Origin: an uncultured delta proteobacterium
GTDB taxonomy: Bacteria; Myxococcota_A; Polyangia; Polyangiales; JAFGIB01
NCBI GenBank assembly: GCA_963778655.1
Contig: CAVZVA010000009.1
Location: 736,001 to 800,000 of the forward strand
DNA length: 64,000 nucleotides
Reading direction: 5' to 3'
Both the position numbers and the translations under genes were made by a program. Below, one piece after another: positions 10,401 through 17,850 of this stretch (position 1 is the stretch's first letter; each line of letters begins with the position of its first letter). The notes below the pieces were generated by a model. That model did not search any database and had not been told where the DNA came from. It worked only from the letters and a program-made list of their open reading frames with translations.

Positions 10401-10487
10401 CACGAGCTGGACGTGGGCATCTCGGTGGACGTGCTGACCTCGGCCTCGCACACCTTGGCCAGTGACGACTTGCGCGATTTGCGCTAA
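7431..10487 (+). CDS. Large multihaem HzsA-like lipoprotein (three cytochrome-like modules, beta-propeller, HZS-alpha-like C-terminal domain)
   Basis: Lipobox LSAC; CQRQTTGCH, CAGSSCH, CMFLACH, CAGCH; PD40-like repeats (PAVSWDGKLIAFA, DPAYAPDGRLVFAS, PSFMADGRLIFS); GKANVHPDGSLRVRVPGGTP...QFYPGE. Confidence 0.72.
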   Translation: MSLNARNIGWCAPWLLALSACQAPQHKPFSYYEERIQPIIDIGCQRQTTGCHVDDGHGFALGNLDLTSYDHLMHRSDVLEPYGPYSVGLLLLKAGGPIQVQVRTVDPPDPAQPDRRYVTVTTDIRHGGGEGAIAQGSDDYAALKQWIDGGHTYNGVPQPDLRESIGSCVESAPGVDLDTAPDLGDPTSLDRFVNSVQPVLLKRCAGSSCHGSQTADLFLTCGKDDRQQRWNYWVATRYLSEQAVVSELIRRPLALRGGGVYHEGGDIFPDTSDRDYKAILAWAQDLSKRKPELLQWQPGSDEEGLRFFANRVQPLFVRKGCMFLACHSPAMFHDLRLRGGARGEFSEISTRHNYRISRLMLALESTDPNDSRLLAKNLCPPASGGRGIKHRGGALFEDFGGCGDPQTQASVDKCQGVDADNGDLNSIPAYCVFARWQAIEREQAIGRGEIDPDPGPRAAVWVMRPEGIGGPTEFDAYKPGADLLLADATVDADQHLHLGDPRSLLAGCGLTPPVDVRGPAVSWDGKLIAFAARAAQDAPLRLYQMNADGSDCAPLQGVAPDADSDQGILLHDFDPAYAPDGRLVFASTRGYLDGESGLRGPTRTPAALEPNANLYVFDANGQPQVRQLTYLLNQELQPSFMADGRLIFSAEKRAQDFHQLAGRRLNLDGGDYHPLFAQRPSVGFESATEIVELPNRDFALVAAPLGATDGGGTIAIVNRSIGPDQDDRDPADKAYIHSLTTPAPGAFGGDSGIFRSPAPLPTGRILAACDLQATDLSAGSPHYGLCELDPSGVEPPRLLYSEPDRVALEPAAVYARVPHLYQSRPDEPNGSTRVESGQSDAVVHYLDLPLLGTLLFSNTRVGRPIDSRVKGIELLQPQPPPAGAQSFDEIGSGVASDRYGRFYQSLRSLGKANVHPDGSLRVRVPGGTPLTLQLVDGDGKALSFEDGAPFSGPMRQRETTQFYPGERLKQSMQRHLFNGLCAGCHGSISGHELDVGISVDVLTSASHTLASDDLRDLR

Positions 10488-10499
10488 ATCAGGGCTTCT

Positions 10500-10670
10500 C
10501 TAGAGCACCGAACCTATTGAAACACGCACGATTTCGGGGCCCTCGCGGGCGCATGGCACGCGCGCTCCCCGCTCGACGTAGGATGGACTACGCCTTCGGG
10601 CTCCCGCCGGCACCCTGCATCCCGCCATGACCCCGACTTCGCACACGTTTCAATATGTTCGGTGCTCTAG
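10500..10670. mobile_element. MITE-like element with CTAG ends
   Basis: 24-bp terminal inverted repeats CTAGAGCACCGAAC(C/A)TATTGAAAC with one mismatch; internal CGTAG...CTACG hairpin; no convincing ORF. Confidence 0.8.
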
Positions 10671-10771
10671 TGACCGGGAGGGTCACGCGACCCTCGCGCC
10701 CCGGGCTTCAACGCAATGACGAGAGAAGCTAGTACAACCGCCCACAAGCTCGACCCGGGCTCGGGCCACGT

Positions 10772-11470
10772 TGGAGCGAAACGAACCCCGCGGGAGGGTG
10801 GGGCCCCAACGGCTTTGCCGGTGGGGCGGGAGGGGCGCGTGCCCCTCCCGATGATAGACCGGGGAGGGGCCCCAACGGCTTTGCCGGTGGGGCGGGGAGG
10901 GGCGCGTGCCCGGAGCGAGCAGCGTGGTGCGTGCGAGTGAGCGCAACGCAGTGGAGCGAACCCCGCGGGAGGGTGGGGCCCCAACGGCTTTGCCGGTGGG
11001 GCGGGAGGGGCGCGTGCCCCTCCCGATGATAGACCCGGGTGGGGCCCCAACGGCTTTGCCGGTGGGGCGGGAGGGGCGCGTGCCCCTCCCGATGACAGAC
11101 CGGGGAGGGGCCCCAACGGCTTTGCCGGTGGGGCGGGGAGTGGCGCGTGGCCGGAGCGAGCAGCGTGGTGCGTGCGAGTGAGCGCAACGCAGTGGAGCGA
11201 ACCCCGCGGGAGGGTGGGGCCCCAACGGCTTTGCCGGTGGGGCGGGAGGGGCGCGTGCCCCTCCCGATGATAGACCCGGGTGGGGCCCCAACGGCTTTGC
11301 CGGTGGGGCGGGAGGGGCGCGTGCCCCTCCCGATGATAGACCGGGGAGGGGCCCCAACGGCTTTGCCGGTGGGGCGGGAGGGGCGCGTGCCCCTCCCGAT
11401 GATAGACCCGGGTGGGGCCCCAACGGCTTTGCCGGTGGGGCGGGAGGGGCGCGTGCCCCTCCCGATGACA
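10772..11470. repeat. G-rich double-hairpin tandem array 1 (nine core copies, 66- and 109-bp units)
   Basis: Core GGGGCCCCAACGGCTTTGCCGGTGGGGCGGG(G)AGGGGCGCGTG starts at 10800, 10866, 10975, 11041, 11107, 11216, 11282, 11348, 11414. Confidence 0.95.
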
Positions 11471-11477
11471 AGAGAAA

Positions 11478-11530
11478 CTAGAGCGCATCGGGTCGGAAAT
11501 CCGGACCGGATTTGCGAACCGATGTACTAG
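11478..11530. repeat. CTAG-bounded short imperfect palindrome
   Basis: CTAGAGCGCATCGGGTCGGAAATCCGGACCGGATTTGCGAACCGATGTACTAG; related copy at 16751-16789. Confidence 0.75.
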
Positions 11531-11591
11531 TGCGTTTCGGGCGCGGTTGCCTGCGGCGCGTGCCGTTCCGACGTTCCGAGATCTCAGCGCG

Positions 11592-12140
11592 ATGCCCCTT
11601 CCTACGCTGGTTTTCCTGGCTTTCGCCGTGGGCACGGCTGCGGCGCTGCTCGGTGGCTCCGAGCTGCGTCTGAGCCCGCGACACGCGATGCTCACGGCCA
11701 GCTTCAAGGCCTACGCGCTGTTTCTGGCCCTGGTGCTGCTGCCGGTGTCGATCTACTTCTACGTCTTCCACGGCGACTGGTTCCTGCTCTACGCCGTCGA
11801 CGTCCGGCGCATCCCGTCCGCGGTCGCCCTGCTGGGGTTCGTGGCCGAGGCACTGATCGGCGTGCTCGGCTTCTCGCTGGGTGCGGCGCTCGCGCGCAAC
11901 CAGCGCAACGGGTTGGGCTACGGCGTGGTGGGTCTGGCCACGCTGCTGGGCTTGTCGGTGGTGCTGCTGTGGCCGGAGCGGCTGCTGGTCGTCGGCACCT
12001 TTGCGCAGTATCGCGGCGATTTCGGGCTGCGCTCCTACGGCGGGGCGCTGATGGAGGCGGGGCTCGCCCTGGGCCTGCTGCTGGTCTACGGTGCGACCTA
12101 CCTGCTGGTACGGATCCGCATCGCCTGCAGGCGCCCGTGA
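11592..12140 (+). CDS. Hypothetical integral membrane protein
   Basis: About five hydrophobic segments; start at MPLPTLVFLAF. Confidence 0.75.
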   Translation: MPLPTLVFLAFAVGTAAALLGGSELRLSPRHAMLTASFKAYALFLALVLLPVSIYFYVFHGDWFLLYAVDVRRIPSAVALLGFVAEALIGVLGFSLGAALARNQRNGLGYGVVGLATLLGLSVVLLWPERLLVVGTFAQYRGDFGLRSYGGALMEAGLALGLLLVYGATYLLVRIRIACRRP

Positions 12141-12267
12141 GGCCCTGGCTGGGCTGCCGCGGCCGGACCCAAATTGACGGCTCGCGGTCGACCCTGGTAC
12201 AGCGCCCTGGACCAGCGCCGCGGTGCCTGGAACCGCCGGCGCGCGCGGCCGTCTCGTGCGAGATTTC

Positions 12268-12585
12268 ATGCGTTCCAGCAGGGCAGGCGTGACGCGGGCG
12301 GGGCTGGCCGTGACGGCGCTCTGCGTGTTGGCCTTGGGCTGCGGGCCGACCCTGTACACGGCGCACATCCGCGCGGCCGAACAGAAGCTGCAGAAGGCTC
12401 GCGACCAGAACGCACGCTGGTACGCGCCCTACGAGTACTACTTCGCCGAGGCCCACCTGCGGGAGGCGCAGGAGGAGGCCGCGGACGCCGCGTACGAAGA
12501 CGCGCTGCGCTACGCGAAGACCGCCGAGGAGTACAGCGAGCGCGCACTGACCATCACCGAACGCGTACGACAGGCGGAGAGGTGA
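12268..12585 (+). CDS. DUF4398-like helical lipoprotein
   Basis: Lipobox ALGC; YAPYEYYFAEAHLREA pattern; directly upstream of an OmpA gene. Confidence 0.75.
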   Translation: MRSSRAGVTRAGLAVTALCVLALGCGPTLYTAHIRAAEQKLQKARDQNARWYAPYEYYFAEAHLREAQEEAADAAYEDALRYAKTAEEYSERALTITERVRQAER

Positions 12586-13646
12586 GCCGGCGGATGCGAG
12601 GGCCGTCGGCAAAGGGCGAAGCCCGAGTCAGAGGCCGAGCGGGCGGCCGCCGCGGGCTGCGCCCGGCGCTTGCCGCGTGCCTGCTGCTGGGTTCTGGCTG
12701 CGCCCGCGCGCACGAGCTGGACCAATCGATCGGCGGCGTGCAGCGCCGGCTGGAGCAGGTGCTGAGCAGCGGCGGCTACACCTGTGCCCCGCGCGAGCTT
12801 GCGCTGGCGCGCGCGCATCTCGAGTTCGCCCGAGTCGAGCTCGCGCAGGGCAACCCCGGGCGCGCCGCCGAGCACCTGCGCGATGCCGAGCTCAACGCCG
12901 ATGCCGCCGCGCGCCTGAGCCCGGTGCAGCGCTGCGGCAGTGCGGGTGGAGTGGTGCCGGAGATCCCGCACACCGAGGAGCCGGACGCCGACCACGACGG
13001 CGTGCCGGACGAGGCGGACCAGTGTCCCAACGAGCCGGAGGATCTGGACGGCTATCAGGACGACGACGGTTGTCCCGACACGGACAACGATCACGACGGG
13101 GTGCCCGATCAGCTCGACCGCTGTCCGACCCAACCCGAGGACACCGACGGCTACCAGGATGCGGACGGCTGTCCCGACCCGGACAACGATGCGGACGGCG
13201 TCGTCGATTCGCTCGACCGCTGCCCGCTCGAGCCGGGCACGGCGTTGAATCAGGGTTGCCCGCGCCTGCGCTACAAGGGTGTGGAGGTTACCCCGGCCGC
13301 GCTGCGCCTCACCGAGCCGGTGTTGTTCGACTCCGACACAGCCGTCATTCGTTCAGTGTCGCAGCCCTTGCTGGACACGGTGGTCGCGGCGCTCAAGGAG
13401 CACCCCGAGATCACGCTCGAGGTACAGGGGCACACCGACAGCCTCGGCGACGACGCGCACAACATGCGGTTATCCCAATCGCGCGCCGAGGCGGTGATGG
13501 CATATCTCGTCTCGCACGGGATCGCGGCCTCACGCTTGACGGCGCAAGGTTATGGTGAGACACGGCCCATTGAGTCGAACCGAACGTCGCAGGGCCGTGA
13601 CATCAATCGCAGAGTCGAGCTAGTCCGGACCGACAAGGCGCACTGA
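12582..13646 (+). CDS. OmpA-family lipoprotein (DUF4398-like domain, thrombospondin type-3 repeats, OmpA C-terminal domain)
   Basis: DxDxDGVPDxxDxCP repeats; EVQGHTD, LSQSRAEAV, GYGETRP, NRRVE. GTG start overlaps upstream TGA (alternative ATG 12594). Confidence 0.9.
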   Translation: MSRRMRGPSAKGEARVRGRAGGRRGLRPALAACLLLGSGCARAHELDQSIGGVQRRLEQVLSSGGYTCAPRELALARAHLEFARVELAQGNPGRAAEHLRDAELNADAAARLSPVQRCGSAGGVVPEIPHTEEPDADHDGVPDEADQCPNEPEDLDGYQDDDGCPDTDNDHDGVPDQLDRCPTQPEDTDGYQDADGCPDPDNDADGVVDSLDRCPLEPGTALNQGCPRLRYKGVEVTPAALRLTEPVLFDSDTAVIRSVSQPLLDTVVAALKEHPEITLEVQGHTDSLGDDAHNMRLSQSRAEAVMAYLVSHGIAASRLTAQGYGETRPIESNRTSQGRDINRRVELVRTDKAH

Positions 13647-13696
13647 GGTCAGCGCGTCGTCTTCGACGCCGAGCGGAAGCAGAGTGAGGCGTGTGA

Positions 13697-15562
13697 ATGG
13701 GCAAGGGTAGGTTGCTAGGGCAAGCAGGGCGGTGCTTCAGTGCAAGCCTGCTCGGGTTGCTGGTCGCCGTCACACCCGTGGCGGCGCAGAAGAGCCCGCA
13801 GCAGGTCGTCGAGGAGCTCAATCGCGACGCGATGGAGGCCTACAACGCGCTCGACATCAACAAGGCGGGGTCGATGCTCGAGGAGGCACTGCGCGTCTCG
13901 AGCGGCGGCGGCGTACCTCCCCAGCTCGTCGCTCGCACCAACTTGAACCTCGGCATCGTGTACATCGGCGGCCTGGGCGACCAGGACAACGGGCTTGGCT
14001 ACTTCGTGCAGGCGGTGTGCATGGATCCGAGCGTCCAGCTCGATCCGCTCACCAGCACGCCCGACATCCAAAACGTGATGAACGTCGCGATCCAGCGCGC
14101 GCGCGGCGGAGCCTGCCCCACCGGCCCCGCACCGCCCGGGGCGGTCGGGCTGCAACCCATGGCGCCCGCGCAGCCGATGCAGCCGATGCCTCCACCGCAG
14201 CCGGTCGCCCCGCCACCCGAGCAGGCGCTGGCGCATCGCTCGCCGGTCGAGCAGCTCAGCCAGACTCCGCTTCCGCTCTACGTGGAGGTCAACCCGCTGG
14301 CGCAAGCCAAGAAGATCTACGTCTACTACAAGGGTCTCGGCATGAAGGAGTACAAGCGCGTGCCGATGTACCAATACCAGAACGGCTTCGCGTACCAGAT
14401 CAGCTGCGAAGACGTGTGGGAGCCCAAGGTCAGCTATTACATCGAGGCCCAGTCGGCCGACGGGCGCGTGGTCGGCGTGATCGGCAGCGCGGCTCAACCG
14501 ATCGAAGTGCCGATCGTCGCAGCGCGCAAGCAACCCGAGCCGTCGCTGCCCGGCGCGCAACCGCCGACCTCGTGCGTGGCCAAGGAGTGCCCGCCGGGGA
14601 TGGCCGGCTGCAAGGCGTCCAAGAAGGCGTCCGCGGCGATCGGCGACTCTTGCTCGGCGAACGCGGACTGCCAGAGCGGCCTCGAATGCCGCGACGACGA
14701 GTGCGCGCTGATCGGCGCAGGCGGTACCGAGGTCCCCGAGATCAATCCCGCGACCGGCGCATACCAGCCGACCAGTCCGACCTCGTCCGGGCCCGAGGAG
14801 CTCAAGCTCAACTTCGTGCAGCTCGGCTTCACCGTGGGCCTGGCCTACGTGCAGGCGGGCATGGTGGCGGATCGCCCGCCGCCCAACAACCGCGTCTTCG
14901 TCGCCCAGGGCACGAGCATGTATATCGAGGATCCATACGCCGCACTGGCCGCCGGCCAGCAGGTGGAGTTTCCGACGCCCGGGACGGCCTCGGAGTCGCT
15001 GCTCAACTCTTGGGTGCCCGATGCCGACTCCAGCGACTCGCTCGGGCCGCTCAAGGGCAACTGCTCGGCCGACGGCGTCCCGAGCGGGCCGACGGACCCG
15101 CTCCACCAGCTGCCGACCAAGTATTGCGTCCGCGTCAAGGCGCCCGGCTTCGTGCCCAACCTGGCAATGCGCCTGGCCCTTGGCCGCTTCATCACGCCGA
15201 GGATCGCGGTTGCTGCCTTGATGCGGCTGCAGTTCGTGTCGGGCAAGGGCGCGCTCAACAATTTGCTGTTCGGCGCGCGCGCCGAATACGTGCTGACCAA
15301 GCCCAAGGCCAAGGGGCTGATGCTCTCGGCCTTCGCCGGCGTTACCGCGGGCGAGATTCAGGCCAAGCCGCCGGCGACCGGGACCACCAAGAACGCGCCC
15401 TTCGTCAAGTCCGGGATGATGGGCGCTCACATCGGCAGCAACGTGCGCTACCGCATCACGCCCAACGTCGGTCTGTTCGCCGCGCCCGAGATCGACGTGC
15501 AGTTCCCCACGCTGCTCGTCAACATCGACCTGACGCTGGCCGGCGTCGAAGCCGCGTTCTGA
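13697..15562 (+). CDS. Secreted multidomain protein (TPR-like, Pro-rich, Cys-rich, probable C-terminal beta-barrel)
   Basis: Signal peptide ending VAA; helical N-domain; CSANADCQSGLECRDDEC; amphipathic C-terminal strands ending GVEAAF. Confidence 0.7.
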   Translation: MGKGRLLGQAGRCFSASLLGLLVAVTPVAAQKSPQQVVEELNRDAMEAYNALDINKAGSMLEEALRVSSGGGVPPQLVARTNLNLGIVYIGGLGDQDNGLGYFVQAVCMDPSVQLDPLTSTPDIQNVMNVAIQRARGGACPTGPAPPGAVGLQPMAPAQPMQPMPPPQPVAPPPEQALAHRSPVEQLSQTPLPLYVEVNPLAQAKKIYVYYKGLGMKEYKRVPMYQYQNGFAYQISCEDVWEPKVSYYIEAQSADGRVVGVIGSAAQPIEVPIVAARKQPEPSLPGAQPPTSCVAKECPPGMAGCKASKKASAAIGDSCSANADCQSGLECRDDECALIGAGGTEVPEINPATGAYQPTSPTSSGPEELKLNFVQLGFTVGLAYVQAGMVADRPPPNNRVFVAQGTSMYIEDPYAALAAGQQVEFPTPGTASESLLNSWVPDADSSDSLGPLKGNCSADGVPSGPTDPLHQLPTKYCVRVKAPGFVPNLAMRLALGRFITPRIAVAALMRLQFVSGKGALNNLLFGARAEYVLTKPKAKGLMLSAFAGVTAGEIQAKPPATGTTKNAPFVKSGMMGAHIGSNVRYRITPNVGLFAAPEIDVQFPTLLVNIDLTLAGVEAAF

Positions 15563-15577
15563 TCCCGGGGGAAGAAG

Positions 15578-15667
15578 AAACAGGAAGACGCGAAGGCGGC
15601 ACGGGCGATTGGACTAGGTCGCTACGCGCCCCACGACCGGAAGCATTCTTCCCGCCTTCCTGTGATC
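15578..15667. repeat. REP-like ACAGGAAG...CTTCCCGCCTTCCTGTG element between convergent genes
   Basis: Inverted arms; relatives near 2291, 16793, 31366, 37796, 48879 and 58236. Confidence 0.65.
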
Positions 15668-15672
15668 TGGAC

Positions 15673-16521
15673 TTACGCCGCGTCCTGGCCGGTGGCTTCG
15701 AGCTGGCGGCGCAGCTTGCGCTTGGCGCGCGCCTCGAGCTGCCGCGCCCGCTCGCGCGAGACCCCGAGCCGGCGCCCGAGCTCGGCCAGCGAGAGCTCGT
15801 CCTCGCTCATGATGCGCTGCTCGACGATGTAGCGCTCGCGCCCGTCGAGCGCGCCCAGGGCCTGTCCGAGGTCGGCACGCAGCCGGCGGTCGTGCTCCGA
15901 CGCGAGCAGGGTGTGCTCCTGATCCTCGCCGTCGTCGCGCAGGGTGTCGAGCAGCGTGGCCGCCGAGCTGGCGCGCAGCGTCGCGTCGAGCGAGACGTCG
16001 CGCGCGTCGAGCTGCGCAAGCATGGCGCGCGCTTTGTCGGTGCTGACGCCGAAGCGCTCGGCCAGCAGCTGCAGCCTGCGCTCGGGGTCCTGCTCGATGC
16101 TGGAGATCTGGGCTCGTTCGCGGCGCAGGCGAAAGAAGAGCTTGGAGCGCAGCACGCCTGAGCCCGCGCCGACCATGCTGGTCGAGCGCACGACCAGGTC
16201 CAGCACGTAGGCGCGGATCCAGTACCCGGCGTAGGTCACGAAGCGGGTGCCGCGCTCGGGATCGAACTTGCGGGCGGCCATCATCAGCCCGACGCTGCCC
16301 TCGGCGATCAGCTCCCAGATCGGAATGCCGTAGCGGCGATACTGCAGGGCTACCGCCACCACGAAGCGCAGGTTGGCCTCCACCAGGGCGTGCACGGCGT
16401 CGAGCTCGCCCTGCCGGGCGCGCACCGCAAGATCGTGCTCTTCCTCGCGCGAGAGCGCGGGGATCGCGCGCGCTCGCTGGATGTACGCGGCCAAGGCGGT
16501 GTCTGAGCTGGGCGATAGCAT
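15673..16521 (-). CDS. RpoH/sigma-32 family sigma factor
   Basis: LVEANLRFVV, ELIAEGSVGLM, FDPERGTRFVTYAGYWIRA, RpoH-box-like SKLFFRLRR, LGVSRERARQLE. Confidence 0.9.
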   Translation of the reverse strand: MLSPSSDTALAAYIQRARAIPALSREEEHDLAVRARQGELDAVHALVEANLRFVVAVALQYRRYGIPIWELIAEGSVGLMMAARKFDPERGTRFVTYAGYWIRAYVLDLVVRSTSMVGAGSGVLRSKLFFRLRRERAQISSIEQDPERRLQLLAERFGVSTDKARAMLAQLDARDVSLDATLRASSAATLLDTLRDDGEDQEHTLLASEHDRRLRADLGQALGALDGRERYIVEQRIMSEDELSLAELGRRLGVSRERARQLEARAKRKLRRQLEATGQDAA

Positions 16522-16535
16522 GGGCGCCTAAATAT

Positions 16536-16573
16536 TACGTTACGTAACGTACTCACAGAGGCGCCGGAGTCAA
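16536..16573 (-). promoter_or_regulatory. Sigma70-type promoter overlapped by a perfect 16-bp palindrome
   Basis: Minus strand TTGACT (16573-16568)-N16-TACGTT (16551-16546); palindrome TACGTTACGTAACGTA at 16536-16551. Confidence 0.6.
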
Positions 16574-16750
16574 GGAAGCCCGCTCAGGATCATCAAGAAT
16601 GTGAACGTTTGTGCATGCTTGGCCGGATCGGCCGAGCCCGCCTGGCGTGCCCCCGGCATGCGCGCCCGTGGGCCCGGTCGCGCGCCACCGCGCGCCCCGA
16701 GCGGCAGGCGCAACTGCACCTCGGCCGGCGGTTGACTCGTTAGACTCGTA

Positions 16751-16789
16751 CATCAGCTCGGAAGTCCGTTCCGGCCTTCCGAACCGATG
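16751..16789. repeat. 39-bp imperfect palindrome related to 11486-11524
   Basis: CATCAGCTCGGAAGTCCGTTCCGGCCTTCCGAACCGATG. Confidence 0.7.
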
Positions 16790-16861
16790 ATCCCTCCCGT
16801 CTTCCCGCCTTCCTGTGGATCTCCTGACCCCAGGGCGGCTGCATTTCTGGACGAGAGCTGA

Positions 16862-17188
16862 CTAGACCGAGAAGCTCGAGCCGCAGCCGCAGGTCGAGCG
16901 CGCGGTCGGGTTGCTGAACTTGAAGCCGGCGCCGTGCAGCCCTTCGACGTAGTCGATCTCGGTGCCTTCGAGGTAGGTCATGCTCATCATGTCCACGAAC
17001 AGCGGCACGCCCTGCGACTCCACCCGCTCGTCGATGTCGGTGTTGAACTCGTCGTCGAAGAACAGGTCGTAGCTGAAGCCCGAACAGCCGCCGCCGATTA
17101 CCCGGACCCGCAGGCCTTGCCCCTCCAGGCCTTCCACCTTCTGGATTTCCTTCACTTTTTCGGACGCTCGTTCGGTCAGGCTGATCAT
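16862..17188 (-). CDS. A-type Fe-S carrier (HesB/IscA/ErpA family)
   Basis: GGGCSGFSY and TCGCGSSF; GAGAG RBS before MISLTERAS. Confidence 0.93.
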   Translation of the reverse strand: MISLTERASEKVKEIQKVEGLEGQGLRVRVIGGGCSGFSYDLFFDDEFNTDIDERVESQGVPLFVDMMSMTYLEGTEIDYVEGLHGAGFKFSNPTARSTCGCGSSFSV

Positions 17189-17288
17189 AGACAGCTCTCC
17201 TCGTCGCCTCAATATAGGGCTGGGATCCGTCCCTGCCAACGGCCGGCGGGGACTCGCAGCCGCGTTTCTTCTCGACCGGTCCGCCGGT

Positions 17289-17759
17289 TCAGGACGCGCG
17301 CTTGAGGGCCTCGAGCAGCTCCGTGTTGTCCCGCTGCTCGCTGTGCTCCTTGACCCACGCGATCTTGCCCTCCTTGTCGACCACCACGGTCGCCCGCCGG
17401 GCGATCCCCTTGTCCTCCAGGTAGAGCCCGTACGCCTTGGCGACGGCGCCCTTGGGATGGAAGTCCGCCAGCAGGGGGTAGCTCACGCCTAGCGACTTTG
17501 CGAAGGCGTCGTGCGTCCAGGCGCTGTCCACGCTGATGCCGAGCACCTGCGCGCCGACCTGCTCGAACTGCTTGAGGTCGTCCCGGAAGCACGCGTTCTC
17601 CTTGGTGCACACCGGGCTGAAGTCGAGCGGGTAGAAGGCGAGCACCACCGGCTTGCCGCGCAGATCACTCAGCTTGTATTTCTTGCCGGGTCTTCCCCCC
17701 TCGGATTGGTTGGAGGGGAGCTCGAAGTCGGGGGCGGGCTGGTTGACGGAAATGGCCAT
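17289..17759 (-). CDS. Peroxiredoxin (AhpC/TSA family)
   Basis: APDFEL, FYPLDFSPVCTKE, LGISVDS, RATVVVD; AAGGAG RBS before MAISVNQ. Confidence 0.9.
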   Translation of the reverse strand: MAISVNQPAPDFELPSNQSEGGRPGKKYKLSDLRGKPVVLAFYPLDFSPVCTKENACFRDDLKQFEQVGAQVLGISVDSAWTHDAFAKSLGVSYPLLADFHPKGAVAKAYGLYLEDKGIARRATVVVDKEGKIAWVKEHSEQRDNTELLEALKRAS

Positions 17760-17850
17760 CGGGGTTGGCTCCTTGCTGGGCGATGTCTTACGTTGGCGGT
17801 TGTCGGGCAGAAGGCGTAGGGCGCAATGGCGGCCAGTGCAATAGGTCTCG

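Noticed and set aside
3910..10487. Genuine anammox hydrazine synthase operon
   Set aside because: No beta/gamma subunit or HAO-like genes nearby, and the context is not anammox-like; only architectural similarity is claimed.
10772..11470. CRISPR array
   Set aside because: Intervening sequences recur instead of being unique, unit lengths alternate between 66 and 109 bp, and no cas genes or AT-rich leader are present.
10667..11707. Repeat-protein ORFs over array 1
   Set aside because: Open in several frames on both strands because the G/C-rich repeat lacks stops; conservation is of hairpins, not codons.
12582..13646. TraB of the TraAB outer-membrane exchange system
   Set aside because: Has TSP3 and OmpA domains but no N-terminal beta-barrel, and no TraA-like gene upstream.
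16732..16749. GACTCGT direct repeat as a regulator site
   Set aside because: Only two 7-bp copies, next to repeat elements and far from a start codon; too weak.
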